The notes under the pieces were generated by a model. That model made no database searches, was not told the DNA's origin, and saw only the letters and a list, made by a program, of their open reading frames with translations. Shown here one piece after another: positions 14,380 through 28,341 of a stretch of DNA of 64,000 bases (position 1 is its first letter; every line of letters begins with the position of its first letter). This DNA comes from Chrysomallon squamiferum. Its lineage: Eukaryota; Animalia; Mollusca. A program made the position numbers and the translations under genes. The stretch covers positions 6,324,001 through 6,388,000 of the forward strand of contig CM022673.1 in NCBI GenBank assembly GCA_012295275.1, in the 5' to 3' direction.

Positions 14380-15908
14380 TCAATTAAAAGAAAATATATA
14401 TATTTTTAAATCTTGTTCAAAATAAATTGTTCAATCCTATAGTAGGATTGAATATATTGTTATTTAAAATACTTTAAATGTCATAAATGATGTTTGAAAA
14501 TCTCTCCATTTAACCAGACTGATAAATAATTTATCTGTGCATTCTGAAACACGAAACCCTTAAGGTCCTCAGACAGGAAATGGTTTATTCTTTTTTACCT
14601 CACTCCATTGTGTCAGAGCCATTTAAATGAGGATTAACCTATTCAGTTGAATAGGGCACATTCAAAACATTGTTGAACAATAGTAATAATAGTCGCTGAG
14701 TGAAAAATAAAAATGATGCAATATTTGTGCCCACTGCATTTTCAAGTTGAGAAAGAAACCGATGTTAGTGACACTTAAACAAAAAATGTCAGCTATTTCT
14801 TTGATATAAAATCTTTTAACAAAATACTATACATCTTTTTAATTTAATTTTTTTTTCATCACATTTATATCTTTATTGATGTTGGTTTTGCATTTTATAA
14901 TTTAATTTTTTTTATTATTATCTTTTTAATTTTTCCATAACAATTTCAAGTTTTTATTTTAGTTTTATGATATCTAAGATGAAAATTTCTGTTTATTAGC
15001 CACATGGAAATTTTAGTTAATTTCATAAAAATGTAACTGCTCAATCATAATTGTAACTTAAATTATAAATGTGATAAGCAGTTATTGAAAAGACAGCAGA
15101 GCAATTGTTTCAAGTAGAGGCAAGAGACAACCCAGCTGATATAATTATAAGCTTTTATCAGTTACATTTCGATCTAAAATTACTAAAAGTGCTGTGTTAA
15201 ATGTTAAGAACATGGACATACATGGAGTACCCATTTTGTTGCATACTGTTACATTAAATGAAGTTTAAGTGCTGTTAAATTTGAAACTGGGTAAAGATTG
15301 TTGAACAGTTATAAGACAAACGGGTTCTAAATAACTGACAACTGTTTATTATAAATAGTAAATGTGTAGGCTGATCTTGGTTCTGGTCTTAGTTCCATGA
15401 AAATATACAAAACAAAAAATATTATTTGTATCATTAAAATGATTAAAAACAATACACTTTAAAATTAAAAAAAAAAAAAAAAAGAAACATACTGCCTAAA
15501 AATTGTTTCAGTTTCTGTAAATAGACATGGATATTGTTATTAATAAGTTTACAGGTTTTTAATTTTAAAATAAACAAAACAAAAACAAAGAGTGTTTTCT
15601 GTGTATTTTCAGATGATGCAGACAGTGGCTATGTTGTAATAAGACAGATCCGACTAGCAGCCCCACAGAGGGAGACCACTGTGCCACTGGTTAACTACCC
15701 TGACCCGCCTATCAGTGGTAACCGGGCTCTGAGGGGACAGAGGGTGCCTTGGTGTTACCGCCCAAAGAGGAGGTTGCTGTCAGATCTGGAGTACACAGAT
15801 GAAGTGTTTGAAAGTGAGGATTCCGCTGGTTCAAGAAGCAGTCGCAAGATGCCATTGTCCATTATTCACGAAAGATCTGATAGTGAAGGAGCAACAGAAA
15901 ATGTTTAA
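11856..15908 (+). CDS. TNF receptor superfamily-like protein (one CRD, Wengen/TNFRSF19-EDAR-like architecture), 248 aa
   Basis: Exons 11856-12306 and 15613-15908 joined by a phase-1 GT-AG intron. Signal peptide MLLPVLILFFCQILSVLG; 6-Cys TNFR module CKTGHFWSTELSKCKECSVCPANHIIRRPCDVYSDTLC; TM helix LAFALIGVLCAMIVLATIIVFLVC followed by RK; low-complexity cytoplasmic tail without a death domain. Confidence 0.85.
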
Positions 15909-17389
15909 GTTGGTTTTTTGGGTTGTTTTTTTATGATGCTTTGTTTTCATGCAACTTATAGGAAAATTGTGTTTAAAAAATAAAAATGGATATTTTGTTG
16001 AGAACTTCTGTTCTAGGTCATTGTTTAAAATGCAATTTCATATTCACTGATAAAATACTTCCAAAAGTCAGCTTATGAATAAAGTAGGTAATTTGAATGG
16101 TTTGTTGAAATATGATATTAAAAACAATTCCAATCTCAAATGATAAAAGTATTTTAAACAGTTAACAAATTGAAAACAAAGCAACAGCAACAGAATGGTT
16201 TGAAATGACATTGGTATTTCATGCTGAGTTGAAAAAGAATGCTGCTAATAAGTATAAAATTTTTTGAAAGAAATTACTTGTATTTGAAAAGAATGGAAGT
16301 TTAGACTTTAGAAAGATGCATCTTTGAAAAAAATCAAGAAAAGTTTAAATCTCTTTTTTAATACATGTCTTCCTAAATACCAACTCTGTATTCCACATTT
16401 TCACATCAGTCTTGACATTTTTTTATTTTTATTTTTTATTTTATTTTTGTATATTTGCCTTGTAATGTACCTCCAGGTGTGTTGGTACCATTTGAACTTT
16501 GTGGTTTTACAAAAATTCTGTGAATTTAGCTTGATAATAATTTTGTATTTGTCATCATTTTTTATGTACAATTTGTTTGTTTGTTTGGTTTTTTTTTTTT
16601 TTTTTTTTTTTTTTTTGGTACCTCCAGGATTGATGGTATCAGACAAACTTTCATTTTCTGTTTTATAACCACATTCTAGGTTTTGATAATGAATTTATTT
16701 TAAATGAAAGTGCCAGGTGCCTCATGCTTTTCTTTCTCGGTTATTTGAAAAGTTTCTTTTAAAATTTACTAACTTTGATGTTCTTTTTACTTGACAAATT
16801 TTGATACAGTTTTATAAAAACATTTAGGATGGTTGATCCATAATGGTAAAGTGTCCCATCATTTTTTTTTGCTTTTGTTTGGGACAGTGTTTTATATGTT
16901 CAGATTTTAAAATGATCATGTTTTGAAGTTTTTCTCTTTTGATGGTTTTATTGAAACAGAAAACAGTTTCTGTGCATTTCTTTTTAAGTTGTACTGTTTG
17001 TGTACAATGCTGCATGCTGCTTGAAACTATTTACAATTACTTTACATAGTGAAGATTTTACACGACAAGTAATTATTAACTTATTTGGTGAGAATATTTG
17101 TTGTAAAATGAATCAGAACCTTCAAACTGAAACCCTTTTTGGTCCTTTACTCTGACACACAGTCACTAACCCCAACTGTAATCCCAAGTGTAACCCCAAG
17201 TGTAACCCCACGTGTGTTGTTTCTGTACAATCACAGGACTGAAACATCTCCATGTGAACACTCAACATAGTTGTTGATTCCTCCGATTGTTGTAGGCATT
17301 TGACTTTAATATGAATTACATTTTAAAGAATGCAGTCATCTTTACACTGTTTCTACTGGCTGAATCGGGGCCTCACTGCAGCAAGACAG

Positions 17390-17930
17390 TCTGTCTTTGG
17401 TTGTTTTTTCTCTTTTTCATTTGTTTGTTGTATACTTCATTGATGGCTTCACTCCACTATCCACCAAATCTTCAATGACATCACCTAAGCAAGGCAGTAG
17501 AAGACTCAACTCCCTTAGAGTTTCTGTAACTAACCAGACAATACAGTACACTTTTTTTTTTCCACACTCATCATTCTGCAATGTGAATTACTACTTTCTG
17601 ACAACTTTTCAGTAAATGTACCTTGGGGTTAGTGACCATGTAGGAGTCGGGCCATAAAGAAACAAAGAGGCCAATATTACACACAAAACATTTGAGTATA
17701 GTTGTGTACTGCTGTTCTCGTGTAGCTTTTTTTGTGACTTGCCAGCTTACTTCTATTTCACATGCCCCCTTTATGAAGTCTTCCAGCTTGGCCACATATT
17801 TAAAGATATGTGCTGGCTGATCCCTATCAGATTGGCAGGTTGATTGGTCTTTCTACCCAGCATAAAATCAGTTGGAGTGTGAACTTGAGTGGTTGATCAT
17901 GGAGCTTAAAACTCCTGCCAAATGAGCCAG
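17390..17930 (-). mobile_element. Degenerate tRNA-derived SINE-like element
   Basis: Minus strand begins with an A-box-like tggctcatttgg (17929-17918) and a B-box-like agttcacactcc (17885-17874) at tRNA-like spacing, and ends in an A-rich tail near 17400-17430. Confidence 0.35.
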
Positions 17931-18797
17931 ATTTTCATCTTAAGATATGTCAATGCAATTTTGGTAAAATAAATACATTTAACTAATTTTAATTTTAATT
18001 TTAAGATCTGATGCGCTAAGCAAAAGTGGGGGTGATTTTAAGTTTTAATAAAAGTTTTCTGTGACTTTATATTTAATCCTTGTGAGCCGCATTACATTTA
18101 CAATGCATCATTTTCATCAGTATGTGTATGTATATTTTTGTATGTTATCTTCACTGTATTTCTGTTAATGTGTTTTGTTGTTTTAACATGTAAAACAAAG
18201 AATCTCAATTGAATGTGTAACAATGTGTTATGGTGTATTTGTGGTCTTCCTGTTGAATTTATATATTTTTTAAAAACTAGAAAAAATTGGGACGAAATAT
18301 TTAAATTTCGTATAAGAAGATAGATATTGTCATTATTAACTTTTTGAATAACTTCAACTTGGGTTTTCTCTCTTTTCTACATTTTTAATATTTTTTCATT
18401 CAACTGTGAGTTAGAATACCGATAAAAAAACAAGTTATTTAATTACTTGTTTATACATTGTTCTATTTTTGCTTAGAACAATGTATATTAAGACAGGATG
18501 TAGGAATGACATTTCCTTTTATTATTATTATTATTTTCTTTTTTAAACTGCACAGTGAGAGTCTGAACTGTCCAGTGACAAAATGTCAGGAAAAAGAAAA
18601 TATTGGTCTCATGTATCTTCACAAGTTGTTCACTGTTGTGCTTTATTGTTAGCAATAGTTACATACTTCACCGAAACTATATTTAGGCTATATGTTATAT
18701 ATACACTTTAATGTCTGAAATAGTTTTTTCTTACAATAAAATGTGCACCAGATCTTTGCTATTAAGAAAGGTCAATGGTGGGAGTTTTGTGTGTGCG

Positions 18798-18830
<33 letters not shown>

Positions 18831-19250
18831 TTAAAATATCATCAGGAAGGGTCAACTCAATCCAAGTTGAAGAAAGAAAATCAAATTCTGTAGTCTGTAA
18901 TGAAAAGTCATTTGTTTGAAAACACTTTCCTAGATGTTAGTTGTGTCATTCTGCATTGTATATATACATTATCTTAAACTATTGTGTTAATTTAATTTTA
19001 TGTTTGTGTTCATACTTAAGTCTTTTTTTTTATTTTTATTTTTAATATATATATATATATCTATGTATGTATCACACTATTTTTTACTTTTTTTTTTTTT
19101 TTTTTTTTCCTTCAGGATTAATATTTATCATTCTTCATTCACCGTTTTTGGTTAATTTTATACTGAATTTTTTTTTTTTTTTTTCTTATTATTATTTTTT
19201 TTTTTTTCTTTTCTTATTTTAATGTTTTTAAATAATCACCAAAAAAAGAA

Positions 19251-19281
<31 letters not shown>

Positions 19282-20964
19282 CTATATTTTTTTTTTTATT
19301 TCTGTGTCATTAAGATGTACAGATTGTGTATTGATCGATGGGTGTTTGTGTGTGCTGCTTAATTTCAAAACTAATAATATATGTCAGATTAAACAAGAAT
19401 ATTGCTGTTTATGAGGACAATCAGATAATTGTGAAGTTTGTTGGTGTTTTGTTGTTGTTTATTTGTTTTGTCTTTAAAGGAATGGATGCAATGCCATTTT
19501 TAATATTTTCCATATTTGTCATTGTAGTTAAATTAGATTTGACGGTGTTTTGGGATTAAACAAAAAAGAAATCTATTCTAGAAAATATCTGTTTATTTTG
19601 AGTTTTATTTTTACAGACATTTATTTTAGCTACTTTTTTAAATCTAACATTTTAAATAATTATTCTTTTGCAGCCTTTTATCAACACATTAAGTAGTAAA
19701 TTAGAAATTTAAAAAAAAAAAAATCTTAAACTTTTGTTCCAGAAAGCTGTTTGTTTAATTAATTGTAAAGTTAAATTTTTTTTTAAAATTCAGTCTAGAA
19801 TTATTTAAATAGTCATATCTGAGTTGACTAAACATTTATAGATTATGTTTTTAAGTAAAAACAGACAAATAAGTATGTACTAAGAGGGTGCAATGACACA
19901 AAGAAAAAATAATTAAAAAAAACTAAAATCACTGAATTCATTGTAATTGTGATGAAAAGATTATGTGCACATACTTATTTAATATGTGCACTTGAAGTCA
20001 TGAAAATAAAGTTATATTTTTATCAATAGTGCTACGTACATGTTTTAGTCTTGATTTTCAAATTATCATTATGGACCAAAGTAGTTAAAATATTTTTTTT
20101 ATGGTAAATAATTTGTTAATAATCATGATGTTAGCAGTAACAACACATCATTAAACATGTTGATTTTTCGTCCATACGTGTATATGTATATATATATACA
20201 TGTCTAAAATCAAACTAGTCATGTTTTTTCAAATGTCACTGCCTCATTTTTATATTTTATCCATTGATTTTGGTCTGAAAATGCTAGTTTTCTTTTCTCC
20301 CCTTTCAGCTGTAACTGTAGTTGTTGATTTAATAATAGAACTATAAAAAATAGATTTATATACATGTTCAAAAGGCATTAAATTGTTTAGCAGATATTTT
20401 TACACAGATATTTTAAATTGATATAAATGACTATTTGTAGTGTGCAAATTTTTATTCCGGAGAAGCATGAGAATAGATATTAAATGAAAATAAAAATGTA
20501 TTTTGATTTGTAACATTTTAGGAGAGGTTATGGTGCATGTAAAATATTTTTTCTTATGTTGAAATTTTGAAATTTTTGTCGTAATGCTCAACAAGTTCAT
20601 TTAATTTATGAATAAGAAGTACTGGTAGTACTTGATTATACTTATTTCATTACCCTTTTTTTTTTTTTTTTCATGCACAGAATTATTGTGCATTTGGTGT
20701 TCATTTGCTGGTTGCATGGCAGATATTTTTATTAAAAATAAGAATGACGTATTACTATCACTTTGTCAGAAAACATGGTTGGGGCATGGTAAAAATGGAA
20801 ATCTTGTATACAGTCAGTGCCAGGTGTAAAAAGACTGTCAATCATTAATAAATATATCACAACTTCATCATCCATACATTATTACCATGGTATTTGCACT
20901 GAAAAGTTTAAACTTCTATACTTGTGAAGTTCATTCTCAATTTACCATGTACTGGTGTTTATGC

Positions 20965-21025
20965 AATAAACAATTCATAAGCTACAACCTTGTTTTTTTT
21001 TTTTTTTTTTTTTTTTTTTTTCTTG
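20965..21025 (+). terminator. Candidate polyadenylation site of the TNFR-like gene
   Basis: AATAAA at 20965-20970, followed ~20 nt later by a TG/T-rich tract. Other AATAAA hexamers exist upstream, so usage is unproven. Confidence 0.4.
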
Positions 21026-21639
21026 TTGATTTTGTATAATTTAAATAAAATAATAAAATATAAATTTCCATTAGAGGATGTTAATTTTCAGTTGTTTTTT
21101 TTTTTTTCCTTCTTTCAGTAATTCAAAACCCTCACATCCATTTTCATTTCTGTACTGTTATGTTAAATGTTGCATTTTCTTTCTTTAATGTCGCATTTTA
21201 TTATCTTACTAACTTTTAAAAGGATTTTTTTATTTTATTAAAAAAACAAACTTTTTTTTTTTAAATTTCTAGATGTCATAATGTCAAGAAAAATGTTAAT
21301 CTAGACTTTGGGGAAGTGGGTGTCGAAGACCATTTGTAGTTTTCTCTGTTCTTTCCCTCAGTGTGTTTAGTAAATCAAGCTTTTTACAAAACATTTATGG
21401 AATTGCTTGAAGGGAATAGAGGATATTTAACATGAATGCTGAGGAACACTGACCAAATGAAATTTGGGAATCGGTGGTCTAGAGTAACTTCTATTTACAT
21501 TTTAAAAATAAAAGGATAATTTCTGACATATAAATACGCACATGCACTCACACACTCACATATATTTATGCTGGACAAGAAATGTTCAAGTTTGTTGTAT
21601 TTGTAATGATTTATGGTTCTTTGCTCATAACATCATAAC

Positions 21640-21674
21640 AGAGAAAAAAATAAAAATACATATATCTTTTTATT
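21640..21674 (-). terminator. Candidate polyadenylation site of CCDC91
   Basis: Minus-strand AATAAA (tttatt 21669-21674) followed by a T-rich minus-strand tract. Confidence 0.35.
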
Positions 21675-22216
21675 GAAATGTACTTAAATTTCAGTAAGAA
21701 TCTTAAAAAAACACAAAAAAACCCTGATTTAAAACACTATTTTTTTTATTTTTTTATAATGAAACCTATCAATAAATATAAAATTTTGACTAAGAAATAT
21801 TTTATTTATTAATGTAAATGGCCATGGCCTGCCTGAGTGAAACCGAAATGTAATCATCTCACATTTCTTTTGGAAATAAGTACAGATTGATAGTTTGGCT
21901 GTAAATGAAATTTATACTTAAATAAAATTAAAATAATAAAAAAATAGCATCAGAAACCTGTTTTACACATTCACCAAAGAAAATGTAAGTGACATTTCAA
22001 CAAATGTAGCTGATTATTCGAAGGAGAATAAAAATAATGGTAATTTTACAGAAGATCAGATCTGATTAATAACAATAAATATAATAATAAAACTAATACT
22101 ACTACTACTACTACTAATAATAATATAAATAATAGTAATACTATTAATAGGAGAATAAAAATGTAATTTCACAAAAGCAGTCACAAAGCCAGATCTGATT
22201 AACAACAACAACAACA

Positions 22217-22270
<54 letters not shown>

Positions 22271-24140
22271 TAAAAATAATATAAATAATAATAACAGAAT
22301 AAAAATATGGTCAGTTTACATAGGTAGTCACAAGACTAGATCTGATTAATAATCTCTACAGGGTTGAAGAACATAATGATTAGTTAATACAGAAATACGA
22401 CAAATGTAATAGTTAAATGTTTTTGTGTCCATTTAAACAAATGGCAAAGCTTCAAAGTTATATCATAAATTAATAAAGAATTACTTCATATACCAATTAT
22501 TATACTTGGTAAAATGTGTGATTTTCTAGATAACTGGCAGAAAGATATTTTTCTGCATTTCATCTTTAATATTAATGGTAACATACATACATATATTATA
22601 TAGCTATATTTAATATTAGTATATAATTCACATTAATATGCATAACTGTTTGAAATATTCATTTTATTTCAGTAAGATTTACTTGCTCTTGTTCATTTTG
22701 CTGAATAATTTGCAAAGAAAACAACTGCTCACAACAAATTATCTTTTTTTTGGTCTCATGATTAACTTTACAAATGTGAGTTTCCAGCAAAGAATTAGTT
22801 AACTAGTATAGGCAACATACATCTATATTTACATATGTAAAGAAGAATAAGAAATACATGTTAAAAGTCCCTGTAGTAATAAATCTCTCAAATTGCTAGT
22901 TCAACATCTCTGAGTAGTTTCAGGTTTAACTTATGGTTTTTATGTATATGTACATATATTTAAAAAAACTGTTAATAATGCTACATGCATACATATTTAT
23001 AAAATGGTTTAAAATACTATATATGTACATATTTATAAAAAGATGATGTACTCATTCATGTATTCACAAACAAAAGATATTATAGGAAATTATAATTTAA
23101 ATTATTTTGATAATGTATTAAATTATTATATTTATTAAATATGTTGAAATTTTCTCTCTGGTAAGTGTATATGCTTTTTTGTTTTAAATAAATAAAAATA
23201 TTTTCATGCATTAGATATAATAATATATCTCACCTTTAATATATTTTCTGCAAGAATTTAATTTTTTGTTTTCTTTGCCAGCATTATTTTAACACTTTCT
23301 TATTTAAGATTTTTATTTATAACTTTTTAAATTTAACAAAATTATAGTCTCATATAGTTTGTTCTGCTAGTGATGTTGGTAATGACTTTACATTTTTAAT
23401 CTGCATCTAAACTAAGTAAGTAGACAGGCTATTTATATTAATATCCATTTTTCTCACTGTTCACATTAAGATCTATCTCTTTCATGTTAACATCCATCTT
23501 TTTTTAGTTCCTTCTCTTTTTATTCACATTAAGATTCATCTTTCTATGTTCATATTAGTATTTATCTTTCTCACACCCTATGTTCGACATTCACATCCAT
23601 TAATATTCATCTTTCTCACATGGTATTTTCACATTAAAATCAATTTTTACATTATTCAGAAAGCTAGTGAGCATGTCAAAGACAAAGGCATATTGTTCTT
23701 GAATTATTTGTATCTTCACTGATAAAACACACTGCCATTGTTCATTTATGTTGTTCGCAGGCAGAGAGCACTTCCATTGTAGATAATATATGTCATAAGC
23801 AAAGCACCTTTTCACTGTTCTAAGTTCAGCACTGTTCCACTGTTCACAATATTGATTCACAAGCATAGTTAATTCTCTTCACAAGCATAGATCACAAATA
23901 TAGCTGACATTTATTCACTGGCATAGTTTACAAAGCACGTTTTTATTGTTCACAATATCGGATTACAGATCACATTGTTGATGACGTTATGTTCACAGAC
24001 TTTGCTCACTTCTGTTAAACACAACATCAGTTCACAGGCACCTCAGTAGATCACACTTTCATACAGTCAGTGTTCAGTGTTCACAATGTTGTATACAGAC
24101 ATTGTACATGTTCACAATATTCATTAGCAGTAATTGTTCC

Positions 24141-24302
24141 GTGTTCATAATGTACATTTACAGACGATGTACACTGTTCATAATGTCCATTGATAGATGA
24201 TGTACACTGTTCATAATGTCCATTGATAGATAATGTACACTTTATACAATGTCCATTGATACATGATGTACACTGTTTGTTATGTCCATTAAAGACACAA
24301 TG
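24141..24302. repeat. 33-bp tandem repeat (~5 copies) in the CCDC91 3' UTR region
   Basis: Unit ctgttcataatgtccattgatagatgatgtaca at 24141, 24174, 24207, 24240 and 24272, with decayed ttcaca-rich copies on both sides. Confidence 0.8.
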
Positions 24303-24489
24303 CTGACAATATCAATTTACAGACAAATTACAGTGATCAGAATATCCTTTCACAGAGAATGTTCATAATCCTAATGTATATTTATAGCCAATGTACACTG
24401 ATAGCAATTTCCTTTTGCAGACAATGTCTCCATATATGGACAACATACAGAGTTCACTGGTCTAGAACACACACAAACTCTCACTTGTG

Positions 24490-26296
24490 TCAGGAGCCAG
24501 GTTTTTCACTGTCTGATCGGGGATTTGACTGGGCACTGTCTGACTTGCTGTCATCCACTGTACGGCTGGCTTCAGTTTCCAGGAGAAGTCCAATCTGTCT
24601 GCGAGCGCTGTCTAGAAACAGGTCCAGTGTGGACAGGTGTCTCTGTCGAACCAGGGAATCAGCCTGGAAACAAGACAAAACTGCATGTAGCATTCTGTGT
24701 CACATGATACTGAATATTTAAAAAAAATTTTTTTTTTATTTTTTATTTTAAAAAATACTTTTGGTAATGTTCCATTAGTATTGTTGGGTTTTTTTTGTTG
24801 TTGTTGTTTTTTTTTTTTTACAAATAAATCTCTTTGTAATGTTTTATTATTATTTTTTTTTATAATAAATAATACTTTACACAATGCTCCTTGACTAGCC
24901 ACAGAATAATTTAAAAAAAATAATAATAATAATAAATAAATACAGTTTCTAAAATTGTAATAATATGAAATTTACAAGAGAAAAATAAATCTATTCAAAT
25001 GATTTACTATATATCAGTACTAGATTCTCCACTCCACCCACACTTGTTCAGTAATTCAGAATAAAATGGTTACAAATGCTGTATTCAGCCAGGGATTAAA
25101 ATCATTCTTATTTCTAATAAACAAATGTGTTATTTAATGACAAGCTCAGTGTATTTTTAATCTTTGTTTATTTGGCAATATACACAAGTAAGCACCATAC
25201 AGAAAATAAGTCAGGAAAAAATGTATAGGCAAATCTTAATTTTCTTTACTTTCTGTTGGGAACAAGAAATCTTTAACATGCTCCTTTTCATACACAGGAA
25301 CACACATACCACATAGCTCTAGCACTGGCTGAAATGGTAAATAATTCAACTGGAACACTCATGAGGTTTTGTCCTTTGACCAATCATTCATGTTAATGTC
25401 ACAGTGTGATCAATATCAAATAAAATTCACAGAAAAAAATGTGTCATCATTTAGTTTTTCTGAACATCCCTACCTGTCTCTGCTCCTGTACGTACGCTGT
25501 CATTTCACACTTGGCTGCCTCCTGTGTCTCCTTCACAGACTCCTGACACTTCTCCTTTGACACCTTCAGCTCCTCCTCGAGCAACTCCTGTTAAATGTCA
25601 GTTACGGTGAGTTGTTAATTAAAATAAAAAATAATTTTCCAACACATTTTTATAATTATAATATGCCTGTATGTATGTGTGTATTTTTAATGTACTGCAT
25701 AATTACCAAAATAAACAATTATACATTTTTTAAACTGTAAATATATATTTAAATGTGATTACTAAACTGTATTTTAGTAATACATGAACTGATTTAAGAA
25801 AAGATCTTTGATATATTGTTCTAATATCCATGTACCAACAGTAAATAATAACAACAACAACAACAATAATAATAATAATATTAGCATTAACAATAATAAT
25901 AAAAGTAATAACAACAACAACATCCATAATAAAAATAATACCTTTGACTTTTTCCTTTCTTCTTCAATAGCTTTTTCAATTTCTTTCTTACAATCTTCTC
26001 TCATACTTTGCAAACTTTGTGAAAACTTTTCCTAAATAAAATAACATATACATTTTTTTTAGAATCACTAAAAATAAGGAGCAGAAAACAAGTTAACAGT
26101 GATTATTATTTCAAAATCTGTACTTCATCTCCAGATATTAATATAATTAATAAAACTTATAAATAATATAAAACATTTGATTTTCTGGATGTAAGAAAAT
26201 ATATTTACCCTTTCCTCTTCCAACATTTTTGCTGTTTTTCTCCGTTCTTCCAAAATGGCAGCTTCCAGTAATTCTTTACTTTGTTCTCTTTCTGCC

Positions 26297-26327
<31 letters not shown>

Positions 26328-28247
26328 ATATTTAATTAATTTAAGTGTTGTTTATTATGAATGTATGTGCATCAATTTCTCTAAGTAATTTAAAATCAGC
26401 ATCATAAAAAATATTGTTTCTCACATATATTAAAACTTCACATAGAAAATGAAAGTAAAAATACACATTGAAAAAACCAAAATAATAATCTAAATTTTTT
26501 ATTTTAAATTTAAATAATTGCATGTGATGCACACAGACAACCAATTTTTTTTTTAAATAACACATATACACATTCATTTTTTAAATAAAAAACAACGCTT
26601 AAAGAAACATAGCAAGTTATTAGTATAACAACAAGATTAGTGTAAACTTTCAGTTCAAAAAATAATAATAACAACAATAAAAAAACAAAGGAAAAAAAGG
26701 AAATAAAATAAAAATCCTTATAAGATTCAAACTTTACAAATGAATATATGTTAGATAAATTTAATTATATTTCAGATGTTAAATGAAATTTGGTATAAAA
26801 TACAAACCTCCAGAGCCTGCTGCAGAGCTGTTTTTTGTTTTTCACTTTCTTCCTTGAGAAAAGCATCAAACTTTTCCTGAAATAATAAAAAAAGATTTAG
26901 ATTCTTCTTCTTAATGCTAATATATAGAATTTTTGGATAAACTTTCATTTATAGAATGAACTTTGGTGATAATATTGATCTTAAATTAAGCATGCACATA
27001 CAAAAATAGTTGGTGATTAAAAACACAAGTTTATGTAGTCATATTTTTTCAAGACACATTTTGTTAACTGTATACTGCTAACTATAACTGTATAATAATA
27101 ATAAATATTTTAGAAATTTGGTTAAGGTCTTGAAATAAATATTAAAAAAGATCAAAATGATATTATACCATACATTTTCTTGTAAAAAATATATGTGTTA
27201 AAATGAAATGTTTTCTATAAAAACGGTTCTACAAGTTTAACACATTCACATTATATACCTGTTGTTCAAGTCTTGATCTTTCCAAGGCTTCGTGCAAATT
27301 CCTTTCAGACTGAGCCATCTCGTCTTGGTGCAATTTCTTCAGTTCCTCAGCCTGTACAGAATTTTAGCAATATTAGCAAAAATTGCAGTTAAAGTATAAA
27401 TACATAGCCAACTTTTGGTAAAGAGACCCCATATATATTTCTCCTACACTTTTTTTTTTTTTGTTTGTTTTAAAAAGTACAGTTATAAACATGAAAATTT
27501 CAAAATAAAACCATAAGATTCTGACCTAAAAAAACTGTATGTATCAAATTAAATTAAAAAATTGAAAAAAAAAAAAGTTTATCCTTATTGTCATGGACAA
27601 AATTCAGTGATTGCAGACCATCAAATCAAGTCTCTAGGATATATCTACTGAAGTATTTCCCACATTTGGGAAGGTGCATATAACATATATCTTGTTGATA
27701 AATGAAAAAGAGTAACTGTCTATCATATAATCTTTAAGTGTATGTATACAGCATTAAAACAACAGACCAAAAAGTGTGCTGATCATGCTGTCAAACAAAA
27801 CGTTCTTTTCTTGCTGTTAACTGATAACAGTAGATCACGGAGAAACAGTATCAGGTTTCCTCTCTTGTATATCCTCTACCCCAAAACAAATATTCAATAA
27901 CTAATAACAATAATATTACAAGATGTTAATTCTTCTTTTTTCCATTCTCAATACTGTTTAACTGTTTCAAACACTGAAAATAAACTAAAAAACAAAAAAC
28001 CAACCTGAGACTCAAGTGTGTGCTGAAAGATTTCACTCTGACTCTGTAATTTCTCCTGTACTTGAAGCAGGGAAGTCTGCTGTTGTTCCAACACTGCTGT
28101 CCTTGACAACTCCTTGATAAATAATTATTTTATTATCATATCATTATTATTACTACTACTACTACTGTTATATTATTATTATTATTATTACTAATACTAA
28201 AGCTACTATTACTATAATGTTATCATCATTATCATCATCATTGCTGC

Positions 28248-28341
<94 letters not shown>

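Noticed and set aside
17870-17930. Functional tRNA gene
   Set aside because: The A/B boxes are degenerate and I could not fold a cloverleaf; treated as a SINE relic.
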